Below are positions 27,508 to 40,767 of a DNA stretch of 60,000 nucleotides, piece after piece; within the stretch, counting starts at the first letter, position 1, and each line of letters begins with the position of its first letter. The position numbers and the translations under genes were made by a program. The stretch lies in assembly GCA_051294905.1 (NCBI GenBank), contig CM119371.1, forward strand, positions 17,982,001 to 18,042,000. Reading direction: 5' to 3'. Below the pieces are notes generated by a model. It made no database searches. It had not been told where the DNA came from and saw nothing but the letters and a program-made list of their open reading frames with translations. Source of the DNA: Botryllus schlosseri. Taxonomy: Eukaryota.

Positions 27508-27848
27508 GTAGGGTTACCATATTTTGGAACCGGGAAAATAGGACACTTTTTCAAAATTTTAAAACTTAGAATACCGATGGAAAATACTGAAAAATAGTAA
27601 AGTTTTTCCACTTCGTAGTCGGTTGACTAAAAAAAGGACTACTTTTCAATCAGCTCCCGAAATACCCGTCGGAGCTTCACTTCGTTGCTGATTTACGGCA
27701 TTTCAGTCGAATTTTGCTATGGATTTGACCAAAAAAAGAGGACAAAATCTCAAAAAGGAAGACATTTAGGCGTCCTCGGAAGACATTTTCAAAATCCCAA
27801 AAATAGAGGACAAATCCTCCCAAAGGAGGACGTATGGTCATTGGTAAG
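27508..27848. mobile_element. Blackjack-type hAT MITE
   Basis: Begins TAGGGTTACCATA, carries GAGGAC subterminal repeats and has a degenerate right end. Related ends occur at ~15960 and ~46114. Confidence 0.6.
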
Positions 27849-27857
27849 GTGGATTAT

Positions 27858-28295
27858 TGTTATTTCAGCATCAGCGTGTTTTATAAATGTTTTCCATGTT
27901 CACGTTGTGCTCGTGAACATTTGACCACCGATGTTTGATAGGAAAAGGACGTAGGTTATCTTTGTCCTTGATGTTTCTCGCCCATTATACACCGACTCGT
28001 GGTAGACATACTCACGATCTGTGCATACTGCATAAAAGTGCATATGCATACCATGAGTTAATGATGTACAAATGCCGGTGAACAAAGAAGGTGTAGATAT
28101 AGCCTTGTAAGGCTTTCTAAGTCTTGCACCACCCACCCATGCTATCCCAATAATGCATGAGCGCGAAGCAGGGAAGTCATTGATACCAGTGTTACTAATC
28201 AGGTGTTTGATCAAACCCGGTCGGGGATCGAACCCACGACCTGCCGACCAAGAAGCCGGACCTTCACCATTACGCTATCTTGTCGGTGCTAGATA
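27858..28295 (-). mobile_element. tRNA-derived SINE
   Basis: Minus strand has A-box TAGCGTAATGG and B-box GGTTCGATCCC; flanked by direct repeat TGGATTAT. A related head lies at ~38290-38395. Confidence 0.7.
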
Positions 28296-28461
28296 TGGAT
28301 TATCACACCTTTATTCATTGAACCAAGATTTATGTCGTCCGTCGCAGTACCTTAGTAAAGTTAACCATACATTTGAATTCACGGGATTCGAATTTGGTGA
28401 AACGCAAATTACGGGCAGCGAACTTGCATATAATTGTTACTTATGTAAAAGTATATTTCAC

Positions 28462-28971
28462 CTGAAATATTGCAGGTAAGCGGTTTCGTTGCGATCCAAG
28501 TAGTTCAAATGGTCAATCAGATGCTTCATAGATGGAAAGTCTTCCACGAAAATGAATCCGGTGGCGGGGATATGTGCTTCGTATACCTCTTCAGTAGAGC
28601 CCCATACAACCGGTACGACTCCGGCTTTTAAGGCACGGAAAAACTTCTCCGTCACGTAGTCTTTACAATGATAGGAATTCTCGAATGCGAAATAAAATTT
28701 GTATTGCGATGTGTATTCTATCATTTCATTTTTCATGTAGTCATTTCGAGAAACAGGTGCTTTCCCAAAGCATCGCCCGAATGCTTCCAGCTTCAAGCCC
28801 ATTGTCAGCAATTTCTTTACATAAGCAAGTCTGACAACGGCCCCTTGAGTCAGATCACAATTTGAAATTGCGATCAACGCCAGATGCTTCTTATTCGCCA
28901 GTGGCTTCTCCAATTCGGTTCCAGTTTCAGCTACTGCATTTCCGTAAGTCAATTGAAAATCCGAGTCTCGT
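28462..28971 (-). CDS. Alpha-1,3-fucosyltransferase (GT10) exon 5 (catalytic domain)
   Basis: 510 nt, phase 2-2 (ACAG|A ... AG|GTGAAA). Encodes RDSD, ISNC, YKFYFAFENSYHCKDYVTEKFF, VPVVWG, FIFVEDF and YLDRNETAYLQYF. Confidence 0.95.
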
Positions 28972-29045
28972 CTGTCGTTGGTACGATATCGAAGTGTTAA
29001 TATTGGGATACCATATCATACAGAAGTCCAATGTCATGTAATGAC

Positions 29046-29959
29046 TAGGGATGGTGTGAACCTCTGAAAGGTTCAGGTTCGTGTGAACGCGAACCTCTTT
29101 GAAAGGTTCTGTGTGAACAGGAACGTGAACCTCGTGACGTCACGTGACGTCATATTGCTAATCCCAACCCTATCTTTCAATGAAGTGATAGCGTATATTA
29201 ATGTATACGATACCTAGCGAAGACCCGGGCCACATAATGTCACAATGCTGAAGTGCATATTGGCGTATCAACTGAGGCAATCAAATGATATAATACTTCC
29301 ATAAAATCCATAAGCCAACAATTTCGATGAGTACTTGTCATGGAATATATGCTTATGCCTTAACAGTCTTGGCCAGACCGGACAATGTATTCAGCGTCTG
29401 AGTATTGCTACATTGATTTTGGGCAGAGTGTAAAACAGGGTTTCTATACTTGCTACCGATATAATCCCATTAATAAGTTATACAGCAGTAGCCAACACCC
29501 CAATCGCACGTTTTTTTTTATGATACAATAAAATTATCAAGTCAATATTGATTGGTTGAATAAGCATCATTCGCTGACTACATGTAGTGTATTTCGCTCA
29601 TGACGTTGTGTGATCGCGAGTCCAGCTCTTAGCACAGAGTCGCTAAATATTCACAAACGGAAATCTGGGTATTTGGAGCAAATTTTTGTAACAGAGCAAG
29701 TAAAATTTTTGAGATTGTCAAGGTGCACATTCGTTTTGTGTTGATTGCTTCTGCTGCCAGCGGCATGCACAGAGTGCCCCGCAGTTGAAATGCAATAAAT
29801 TTGCACTAAAGATGTCATAATGAAGTGAATATTGAAAGTATATATGAAAAAGGTTCACAGTGCAGAACCTATCAAGGTTCTGTTGTGAACGCGAACCTCT
29901 GAATTTCTGAGGTTCACACACAGAACGCGAACGTGAACCTCACGTTCACACCATCCCTA
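29046..29959. mobile_element. hAT family A copy, 914 bp, in FucT intron 4
   Basis: Same TIR as 12557; perfect TSD GTAATGAC. Confidence 0.95.
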
Positions 29960-30040
29960 GTAATGACCATAATTGCAGATTATATTTCACGTTGCAAACT
30001 ACAGGACAGATGATGAGTCGCAATTAATATATCTCTAATC

Positions 30041-30946
30041 TTTGAAGAGCTTCTTGGAGGTACAGAACTTCAATATACAATTAAATGGTATATTCATATT
30101 GAAATGAACCCGAATATTTTCGGCTGACACTCGTCAGGGGTAATCGTCAGCAACTAGTAGAGAATTGGAAAGAACATTGTATATCAACAATCGTATCACA
30201 AAATATGACGTCACCAGCATGAAATTTCGAATGAGAGAACGTTCAATGTACTATTTTTAGGTGATACACGAACTCCTTTTGTTGACAGAGTTTTGGTTGG
30301 TGTATTTTGATAAAAGTTGATTCCAAGGCACACAAATGGAATTGTGAACGACCTCGACCTACGATTCGAAATCGGTCGTCTCGATAATTATTCGCACAAA
30401 TCGGATTATCCAACAGATGTTTGCCGATGGCAGAATTAATGGCCTTTGATCGATCAGCATCAATCTTAAGTGGATGAGTTAAGGGTGAGCTTTTCACATC
30501 GCGTGACGCACGTGTTCTGATAAATCTGGGGACATGTTGGTTTATGCGGTCCTGCAGACGTCTTGACGTTCTTCCCACGTAGCCACAATCACAGTGGCAC
30601 CTATATTCGTACACTACATTACTTTGTTGAAGTGCAGGAAGCACGTCTTTGCGTGTTGAAGGGAGCAGTTGTGTTGTTGTAAAAATCACATTGGTTTTGA
30701 CTGTATCGTAACATTTACCGACAGCAGAAATCAATTGTTTTTCAAAGCGGGTGGAAATGGGGCCAATCCAAGGTATATGGATATAAACATCTTTTATTGT
30801 TCGTGCGGTGGGCTCTGCTCGTTTTTCTGCGTTGAATTGCGTTAATTTCCTCTCCATGCCGCGGCTGATGACGTGTTCAGGGTTCAGGGACGAGTGTCAG
30901 CCGAAAATATTCGGGTTCATTTCAATATGAATATACTATTTAATTG
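30041..30946 (-). mobile_element. 5'-truncated Penelope-like retroelement with GIY-YIG endonuclease and inverted partial pLTR
   Basis: ORF 30243..30857 contains VVYEYRCHCDCGYVGRT.RRL..RI.QH and SAIGKHL. 30889-30950 is an inverted copy of 30075-30135. Flanking direct repeat TATATCTCTAATC. Confidence 0.9.
30108..30141 (-). ncRNA. Minimal type I hammerhead ribozyme motif in Penelope pLTR
   Basis: ACCC-CUGACGA-GUGUCAGCC-GAAA-AUAU-UC-GGGU: conserved core, 4-bp stem I, palindromic AAUAUU stem III. Confidence 0.75.
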
Positions 30947-30988
30947 TATATCTCTAATCATGAATCATGACCACATCTCATTGTAAAT

Positions 30989-31397
30989 CAGGGCTGTGGA
31001 GTCGGTAAAGTGTGCTACCGACTCCAACTCCGACTCCGATTCCACACATTTTCAATATACCGACTCTGACTACACCAATCAAAGATAATCCGAGATTTAT
31101 CAAGAAAAAACTAAAATTAAAATAACTCCGCTTCTACTAGTAGGAATTGAGTCAAACTTCTGCATTGTCTTTGAAGACGACTCAACAATTCCATGGGGTT
31201 GACAGAAACATTAGAATTTTTTTCAATTTTCCCTAATAAATTAAAATTTTCAATTGGATTTGCGGAGTCTTTTACTTGTTTGAATTTAAGCAAATTTGGT
31301 ATGAAGCGTTTTTCAGGGTAAAGCTGACAATTTAATCAGTGAATGTCTGGAATCTGGAAAAGGAAGGTATTTTTGAACAACCCTACTCCACAGCCCG
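30989..31397. mobile_element. hAT-Ac-like MITE
   Basis: CAGGGCTGTGGAGT ... ACTCCACAGCCCG ends with CCGACT subterminal repeats; TSD not evident. Confidence 0.6.
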
Positions 31398-31675
31398 GTA
31401 TTGTATCGCATCTTCCCCTATAGCTAATGTCTTCACATATAGACTATCATTCTCGAAGATGCATTTTTAAGCAAACAGCCTCCACAGTATCATGATCTCA
31501 ATGTATTTTTTCATCGTTTTACTACGAAACCAAGTCTCTTAGAGGAGTTGCACTTATAACTGCACGGGTGTTTAAATCTTATTGCTTTATCACACTGTTT
31601 CCGCTTTGCCACGTAGAGACAATAATTCCCTCACTTATCGTAGGGAAATAATAGCTTCGAGATTGCATGTGCGCA

Positions 31676-34600
31676 CACTCTAAGTTTTGAAGTGTTGCTC
31701 AACCCGGAAAATTGAACACGAAACGTGATCCAAAAATTGAACGCCTAAAAGTGTTGCGAAGTGTTTAAATTAAAGGTGTTTACCTAAAAAGTGTTCAGTC
31801 TCAAAGTGGCTGGTTGACTAGTCACCGGAACGCAGGGCTCAAAATAAAATCAGATTTTATTGATTCATTAATAAATGACGCTTATAATACCCAACCTGGG
31901 TTATTAAATACGTGCAAACATTCAAATTTCCAATAGCTGCTGTGACAGGGTTTCATAAATTCAAATCAGCAGTTGAAACCGTTTCCGGAATAGCCCATGA
32001 AATTACGAACATCACAAATGATTAAGAGCAAACTCACAACAAATATCATGCAACTCGCTCAATCATGAAAATGAATGCATTGGGATAGTGATAACAAAAT
32101 ATCATTTAGTATCTGAAACTCTCGTGACAGGGGCATGGACTCAAATTAATTGGTTAGGTCCGTTAGCGGAAAACATGATCAACAGCGGAAAATATGATCA
32201 ACACAAATCATTACAACTTATATAAAACTAATCAAATTATGGTTTGTAAATTCCTGATTTTATTATAAACAAACAAACAATGAATGTATCAGTATCACTA
32301 CCACTACCATGATAACCAACCATAAGTATTTTTTTACTCTTAATGAAATTGGGCCTGCTAACCAGGCATCAAAAATATTCTAGTGCTTGCATTACAAGTA
32401 TTTATATCAGGTTAATGCCAATCACTTTTGTTTAAACAACAAAGAATTGTTTCTTTGAGTCCATACAAATTCTGCAGATTTATAGAAAAGATTTTGTTAT
32501 TATTTACCAGTCTGCTGCAAAAAATGAAATCTGGAAGTCATTAGGGCATTGGTTCTCAAACATTTTTGGGCACACCCCACTTATGATAGCACAAAATTCC
32601 ATACACCCCTTATCGTCGTATCATAAAATTAAAAAAAGCAACCAGAAATCCCAACGGATAGTTGGATGGCAGTGACGGAAATGGTTGTTGATGAGAGAAT
32701 ATTCAAATATTAAATTCTGACCATACACAGAGAAATAACTACAAGCTGCCATGTGCGAAAAAGATTTTAGTTGACTGCGGCTTCACGCCCCTTCAAATGC
32801 TTTCTCCTGTTTGAGAACCACTACTTAAAGGGTGTGACAATCCAATGCATAGCAGCTCAAAACGTCAACAATGTTTCTGAATACTCCATTTTCAATGAAG
32901 CATTTTTATATTCTTGCCATCAGCTGCAATCCAGGCTCGGTGAATCTCTGATTTGTGGCGTGTCATGGTGTTTGCTTCTTTTTACTGGTCGACTCCAAGT
33001 TGCGCTCCTTTAAAATGTGATTAAATTCCAAAGTTTTGAATATGTCAATGAAAATTCTAAATTTTATGCAGAAATAAATATAAATATTTCGGACATGTAG
33101 GTTACAGAAGCACAGGAAAGGTGCTCGGATACATGTGAAATCCAATCACTGAGCAGGACTAAAATTAGCCAAACGACTAATAAAATTATCTTTAATTAGG
33201 TCTGCGTTTTTTTAAAAATTCGGCCATTTTGACAGTTACATTGACATTCAGACGCACAGGCAACTGTGAGAATGCAGAACTGTAACTCAGAATGAAATTT
33301 ATAGCAGAACGTTGCAAGTCTATGTAAATTTGTATGGTCCACAAAACAGAAAGATTACGGTACCTGTTTCAATGAGACATGCGCTCGGGTCTTGGATTAT
33401 ATTCGTTTGTCTCTCAATTTGGCTTGGAGAAGGAGACAGTTGACTTCATCAACCTCGTTTTGCTGAAAATATAATTGATTGCAAACAAGATCTGACAATA
33501 AATGTAGTAGAACCGTTGTTCCTATGGGTTCAGATTTCCATTATAATAATTGACATACGGTACGGTAGGCTTTACATATAACTTTGATTCTAAGATTTTA
33601 TAGCTGCTTTGAATTGAGACGAGAAAATATATCAGACAAAGGACACATTGATTGTCTTTAGTACAAAAACTTTGTGACATCTTATCGAAGGTGTGAATAC
33701 TTTTCCTTCATTGCGGTAATTGTAACTGTTGTAAATGTTTCAAAATCCTTCATTTCTGATTAAATTTAATCAACGCAATTCATTGGAATTAGCAGGTTAA
33801 GGGAAATGATCTCAATTTGATGTTCACCTAGTCCTAGTACAGTTTAGTAAGCAATAGTTTAAATACAAGTTACACCGGCTCTTTACATTCAACTACACCT
33901 CTGTTCAATGTACAGTATACAGATCAAGCCTTTCATCAGCTCATATGGCATATATGGATAGTTTTTGAGAAAATTAGGACTGCAAAAACCAGCACATTGC
34001 ATAATCAATGGTGATATATGAAATGAATAAATAGACTTACATAATCACATGTTTCCATGGGTTCTTGAGACAAAAGTATGTATCGCAAAAGATGACTGCA
34101 CCGGCACAAAATCCGTTCAGATGACTCCTCACGTCACTATCAACATTGTCTGTTAGCGCAGGCATGGTAGAACCAGGGGCTCTTTTCGAAGAGTCGACAT
34201 CAGTTGGATGAATTTGAGGATCAATCCCAGACTGTTGAAAAGAAAATACTTGTTTTAAAAATTTGCTATACAAGGGAACTATTCAATATTCGAACAGCTT
34301 CTTCGAGGTACAAAACTTCAATATAAAATTGAATAGTATATGCATATTGAAATGTGCCCAAATATTTTTGGCTGAGACTCGTCAGGGGTAATCATCAGCA
34401 ACTAGTAGAGAATTTAAAAGAACGTTGTATATCAACAATCGTATCACAAAATATGACGTCACCCGCATTCAGTATTCACGCAGATATCAGACTGGATACA
34501 ATTGTATGTGACAAAAGGGTGTCTTTCATAGAACAATTAATTGATGGAATGGAAAGTTGCATGTGACCTTTCCACCAATTTTACTCCAGCACGGGTAGCA

Positions 34601-37600
34601 TACTTTCCTGGATTGTTAATCATTTTAGTGAAATTTTACCAGCAAACATTCATAAAAATAACCTAATGCAGCAGAATCAAATTTATTATCTAAGGATATA
34701 CCAACTTACTTAAGAAACACTGCGATGCTTACCAGTATTTTAATACCAAATGCATTTCAAAATGGTGCCAATTGCAATACATACTACCTGAACATTAGGG
34801 CATTTTCATATTCTTTCTATCAGCCGCAACCCAGGCTTGATGAGTCCCTAATTCGTGGCGTGCCATGGCGGCTCCATTTTTTTACTGGTCAAATCCAAAT
34901 GCTGCTCCTAGAAAATATGATAAATACCAAATGAAAATTGTAAATATTATGCAGAAGTAAATATAAATATTTCACACAGGTAGGTTACAGAAGCGCAAGA
35001 GAGGTGCTCAGCCCCCCAGGTTGAGAACCACTGACCTAGCCCATTATAGCTCAGTAAGCAATAGTTAAAGTACAAGTTAGATGAGCTCATTACGTTCAAC
35101 TACATCTCTGTTCAGTGTTCAGTGTACACTGTACAGTGTACACAGATGAAACCTTTTTCAGCTCATACCGAATAGTCCGTAGGCTACTCTGCGAGATAGT
35201 TCGTGGTAAAAGTAATACTGCAAAAACCAGGAAATTACATAATCAATGGTGATATAAAAATAAATCAATAGGCTTACATAATCATACGTATCCATGGGTT
35301 CTTGAGACAAAGGTCTGTATCGCATAAGATGACTGTGCCGGCACAAAACCCGTTACGAACGACTCCTCAGTCCTCACGTCACTGTCAACATTGTCTGATA
35401 GCGCAGGCACGGTAGATCCAGGGGGCTCCTTTCAAAGAGTCGACATCAGTTGGACGAATTTGAGGATCAATCCAAGACTATTGAAAAGAAAATATATGTT
35501 TCAAAAATTTGCAGTACAATAATGAACTACTCAGTAATCACGTAGATATCATACTGAATACAGTTGTTGTTTTCTGCAATAAGTTCTGTGTCACAGAAGG
35601 GTGTCTTTCATAGAATAATTAGGTAATGAAATGGAAAGTTGCACATGACGTTACCACCGGCACGGGTAGTATACTTCCTGGATTGCTAACAATTTTAGTG
35701 AAATTTTATCAGCAAACATTCATAAAAATCTTTATCACGAAGATAACCGGATGCAACAGACTCAAATTCATTAAGGATATACCAGTTCACTTACAAAACA
35801 CCGTGATGCTTACCAGTATTCCATACACAAAATGCATTTCAAAAAGGTGCCAATTTCAATACATACTACCTGCAAAATAGAGTTTAGTTCAGTTACCGTA
35901 TCATAATAAACTCAGGAAAGTCAAATTTGAGGATTGGGCAAAACAAATATTACCCCTTGTGATCCATGGTTTGTTGATAAGATTGTTTGTTTGGCTGTGC
36001 TGTTATTGGGGCGATTTTGTGGACCTAAAAATGGAAGATTTTGGCCAAAAAATCCACATTCACACATATTTTGACGATAAAAAACTTAATTTTGACCCCA
36101 TGTACTTGAATTAGGTGTTTCTGACATGATGTTAGAATTGTACTACCGGTACTTATCTTTATTTCTGGCTGGAGCTGTCTGTTCTTCCAAAGTAGTTTGA
36201 CCTAAAAAATATCTTTTGGCAAGAAAACTGACAAATTTTTACATGAAGAAACCTTATTTTATCGAAATCTAGACCCATGAAGAATTCCAGTATTAGTTAC
36301 ATCTCGTATTATGGTAGAAATAATTAAAACTTTGTTGTAGTATGACGAAAGATACTTTCCCACATTTTCGGGTAGAAAGTGTCTGTCCTTACTAAGTAGC
36401 TTGGCAAGAATGGGGAAAAAACGTTCACCAGCAGCAGTTGTTGGCCGTCAACACTGAAGTTGTGGGTACACTGCAGGTGACACACCGTGTTGCTTCAATG
36501 TGACAAAGTTGTCTACATCGCAATTTTTCACCATACGGTTTCTAATAGAAGAACCAATGCCCACGCAATCTTGCTTCAGTTAGGATAATTCAGTAGGCTA
36601 CGTTGAGCATTTATTTCATTTGACAGTTTCTGATTCACAATGAGCAGACGATGGTCCGTCTACAACGGTAGAACTATAAAGTAGGCTACAAGATGTAAAT
36701 TGTAAAATGATAAGTTCACCGACAGTGCAATCATCTATGATACAAACGAAATGCAAGTTGCCCAAAAAAAATTTGACTTTGTAAACAATTTTTGCAATTT
36801 TAACCTAACAGTACAATTTTGACAAAATTTTGACCTATTTTGACATGTCAAAAAAACTGTCTTAGTTAAAACCTTACCACTTGGAATAAACAGTACAGTG
36901 TAAAATGTGTTGCAGTTGAAAAACCATCAAAACCGTTGCATGACTGTCATACCGGTATTCAATTGCTGAAATTGCGGTACTTGTCCACAATGGACCACAA
37001 TATCGCCTACATAGGGATATTTCAGTTTGGATAGAGAGAACATCCCTTTATCTATACGTCAAAAAGTTAGTTGGATATCAGCTTCCCACCAGTACCGTAG
37101 TACTAGACCTGGTCGCAGCCTGGTATATTATCAGATTCGGAGCTCGATCATCCAGCAATAAGATCGGACGAATCATATACTAGAAAACTTCCAAAGAATA
37201 TTCATATGAATAAGGGATATCAGTAGTCTACTAAAACATCTAAAACAAACGACCTTATTGCCATGTCAAAACGAGCTCATTTTATGACTATTCTCACATT
37301 ACATATATTCAATAACATTTACCGCATTTCCATACGTTACAGTACATGGATGCTATGATCCTTTACGCCACCAGGTAGCAGAAACTGCTTCAATATATCC
37401 ATTCCGCCAAGTCTGTTCGTGTACCCTACTCTCTGCCTGAAGCCTGACGAACCACCAATTCAAATTCCAAACTGAAATCGAGCGCGCTCTACCGTAACGA
37501 AGGTGGTGACCCCTCTGCGTCACAGGGAAATATGTATATTTTGTTCAAATATTACCCTTAAACTTGGTGGTTTGGTCAGTTGAATAATATTATTTTACAT

Positions 37601-37844
37601 ACACCATGATTTTATGTGATCCCCGAACGTACCGATAGTTTATGAATGCGAAATTGATGATAAATTACGGAGTATAAATTTTCTTGAAAGTAAGCCGCAG
37701 TGGCGAAGTGTTACATATAAACGGAGAAATACGCAGAAGTGTTGCGACGATAATGGCCCAATGCGTTCATATGCCCAAAAAGTGTGTCTGTACGCAGAAT
37801 AAAGTGTTATGAAGTGTTCAATACGACCTTGCGGATTTAGAGTG
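31676..37844 (-). mobile_element. EnSpm/CACTA-like element (~6.2 kb) carrying decayed spliced exons
   Basis: TIR CACTCTAA/TTAGAGTG, 2-bp TSD CA, AAGTGTT repeats near both ends. Exon-like segments with canonical splice sites on the minus strand (e.g. 34041-34231, 33364-33462). Confidence 0.6.
34295..34465 (-). mobile_element. Solo Penelope pLTR fragment
   Basis: Similar to 30048-30215; another fragment lies in the opposite orientation at ~25770-25845. Confidence 0.8.
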
Positions 37845-39211
37845 CATATTTGCAACACTACGATAGCGTTGCCATACGTCCGGAATTTCACGAACATGCC
37901 CGGAATTTCACTGAAAAGCACTGCGTCCGGGAGGAAATTCTAAAATATGCCTAAAAGTCCGGAATTTTAAAGGTTTGAGGTAAGATCATAATTTTTTCGT
38001 AAATCAACATAAACAATAGTATTTTCAAGCAGATTTATGCTATTCGACATTTTCTTCGTACTGTGCGCGAGTTAATGCGACGTGTTATGATATTAGTATG
38101 GGTACCAGGCACCACCCTCGCCAAGAAAATTCAAACAAAAATAAATATTATTAACCAGAGAGAGAGAGAGAGATATGATATTCTTTTTCGCCTGCACCAT
38201 CGAGATGCTTTGATGACGGAGTTGCGATACGGCATCATGAGGTCATCTAGTCTGCGCCCCCGTTTTTTTTCTCCTCCATGCTATCCTTGATTGCTGAGCG
38301 CCTTGCAGGATAGCTGCGGATACCAACTTTTGAGTCTTTGGTATGACCCGACCGGGGATCGAAAAGCCGGACGCATAACCATTACACTATCTCGCTAGGC
38401 TCATTAACTGAAATAAGTCTAATTGTAATCGCAATTATAAGCTAACGGTAAATTCCTAGAGTTGGTTAAGGCTGATTGGATGCTTCAGTTAAAGACAGCG
38501 GTTCCAAATCTCGGGGTCGTTTGCCTTTATCTGGACATCGCGATGATGTTGGACGTAATCAGCTTCCTAGGCCGTAAGTGCGGACAAGCCGATTTTTTTA
38601 GTAATCAGCTTATTCAGTTTTTAGCTGGGCCGCGGAACATTTTCAAGTTGGAAATGAGGTCGCGACCATAACAAGTTGAAAATCACCGGATGTGCAACCT
38701 GCTGGTGCATTTTATAGTAGCCTAATATATGGAAGAATCAATATTATTAACAAAATTAATTCAGAAAATTCAACAACCAGATGCATTTAATAAGTGCTCA
38801 GAAAGTCACATCGATTACCATATGGTTGGCCCAAGATCAGTGCTTTTTTATGGCAAAAAATATATTTTCGGACCTGATTAAAACACACAGCCAGATAGCC
38901 GCACCGACCTAACGGCATAGCCGGGCTGTCAAACACAATTCCGACAGGCCAGACACGACGCCGCCAGATGATTTCATCCGACCCGTGACGAAATCTATTG
39001 CAGACCCTAGCAAGTAGCAATTACCAGAGCTCACATTACAGATGGCCCAATTCATGACCTATGTTCTACTCCATTCCTGTATGCAGTCGATGGGCAATGC
39101 TTTGCTAGTGTTACTAGGATTACAATAAGAGAAGGTATGTAATGACTTGAATGCATAGCTTTGTAATCGCTTTGCACTGATACGAGACATCGGCAGCGCG
39201 TCAGTACTTAC

Positions 39212-39328
39212 CGATAGGTTAGTGACGCGTTGAATCCTATTTGATCAGCCTGGTGTAACCAGTTGCTCCGAGACATATACGGTGGTGCCTCTGCGCAACG
39301 CCATATCCAGTATTGATTAGGATTCCGT
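39212..39328 (-). CDS. Alpha-1,3-fucosyltransferase exon 4
   Basis: TTTCAG|A...CG|GTAAGT. Encodes RNPNQYWIWRCAEAPP...FNASLTYR (GT10 R.P.Q.W....ESP and FN...TYR motifs). Confidence 0.93.
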
Positions 39329-40324
39329 CTGAAATGCAACCCAAAAGAATCGAGCATAACACAGTAACAACGCGCGGTTACACTATGATATGCTGATAAC
39401 GCCAGATGCGACACGGCAATAAGCGGGTTTAATACAATGTATGGTAATAATATTGTAACGTTTTTACACAGTGTGGGTGGCTACGTCTTATTGTCGAAAT
39501 TTGTTAATGCTCCAATTATCTCTCCAGTTATCCAATCTTGAACAATGAGCATATTTATTTTGCACAACGCAGAGTTGATACACAGTGTGGATCCACACCA
39601 CACCTTAAAGGTGATACAAGAAAAGAGATCCTGCCTCACGATTATATCGCGGTATAAATTAATCACAACATATTATTCCAAATGATGCCTGAAAAACTAT
39701 AGCATAAGTACGAATGGAGTTTAACGGAACGTAGCCACATAGGAACGTTGATAGGTGTGAACGAAATCTGACGGACCATGGACCGACCGGATTTTTCTCC
39801 TTTTGGGCCGGAGCCGGATCAGTAATTTTTCTGATACGGGCGGAGTCTGATCGGAGCCGGATAAGTACTTGTTACTAACAATATGACAGCCATACCTTCT
39901 TCCACCCTCGAATCAATAGTTAAAGGGAAACGTTGATGGAAATAAACCTCATGCTTAGTCCAAGTTGGCATAATTACTTCAGGTAAGCGTTGGATTTGAC
40001 CTTTGAGTTTTTAATGTCCTGTCTGCCTTGTTTCAATCAATATTCAAAACCACCCTCTGAGTAGATAATAATTATCGGAGATTGTCGGTCCGGATCATGG
40101 TCATTTCTAGAATCCCGCCCCGGAGTCGGACCGCAGTCGGACCAGAGCTTTAAAAACGCGACCGAAGTATAGGACCAGAGAATTTGACGATCCGCCCCGC
40201 ACTAGCACGAAGGTACGTATAGGATTTAAGACAATTCGAATCAAAAACAACCATCTGTTCCGCGACGTAATCAAGAACTAAACTAGCGAAATCTTGATTA
40301 TATACAGAAAACTCAACTTGCCGA

Positions 40325-40612
40325 TTGAAAGTTGTTTGTTTGTTTATTGGTATCCGTGTCGCTTGTCGACTACTATGGACATTTACACCAGGCGGATATT
40401 CTTCATTTTTATTCTGTAACTGCCGACTTGCAGCGCGGCCCACTTCTAGGCTATTTACAAGACACCGCTTACGCGGATGATACGGCGAGGAGGAGCCTAG
40501 ATAAACCCCTAACACTCGGGTAGGAATACTGGTGTCGACCTTGGTCGGACGCGAACCAGCAACCCATTGGTGTTGCAACTGTGGATAACGCCACTACGCT
40601 ATCTCGCCACAC
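40325..40612 (-). mobile_element. tRNA-derived SINE (second family)
   Basis: A-box TAGCGTAGTGG, B-box-like GGTTCGCGTCC, (AAAC)n tail; related fragment at ~25200-25335. Confidence 0.65.
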
Positions 40613-40767
40613 GTCGATTGATAGTAATGATAGGCTCAAATCAGCTCCGAATTGAAACACAGAATTTACGAAATCCTGTTCAGTCGCTATCAAGTAAAGG
40701 GGAATATTCGATCTGTATCCTGAGAACTGGGTTTTTGAATTCTGAGGTCGATTACCACCGCTAAGAG

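Noticed and set aside
28215..28290. tRNA gene
   Set aside because: A and B boxes are present but there is no convincing full cloverleaf, and it is attached to a repeated body, so it is a SINE head. The same applies at ~40540-40610 and ~58270-58341.
34350..34392. Second hammerhead ribozyme
   Set aside because: Core GAAA is mutated to AAAA and the cleavage region is altered, so it is likely inactive. The copy at 30889 lacks the CU of CUGA.
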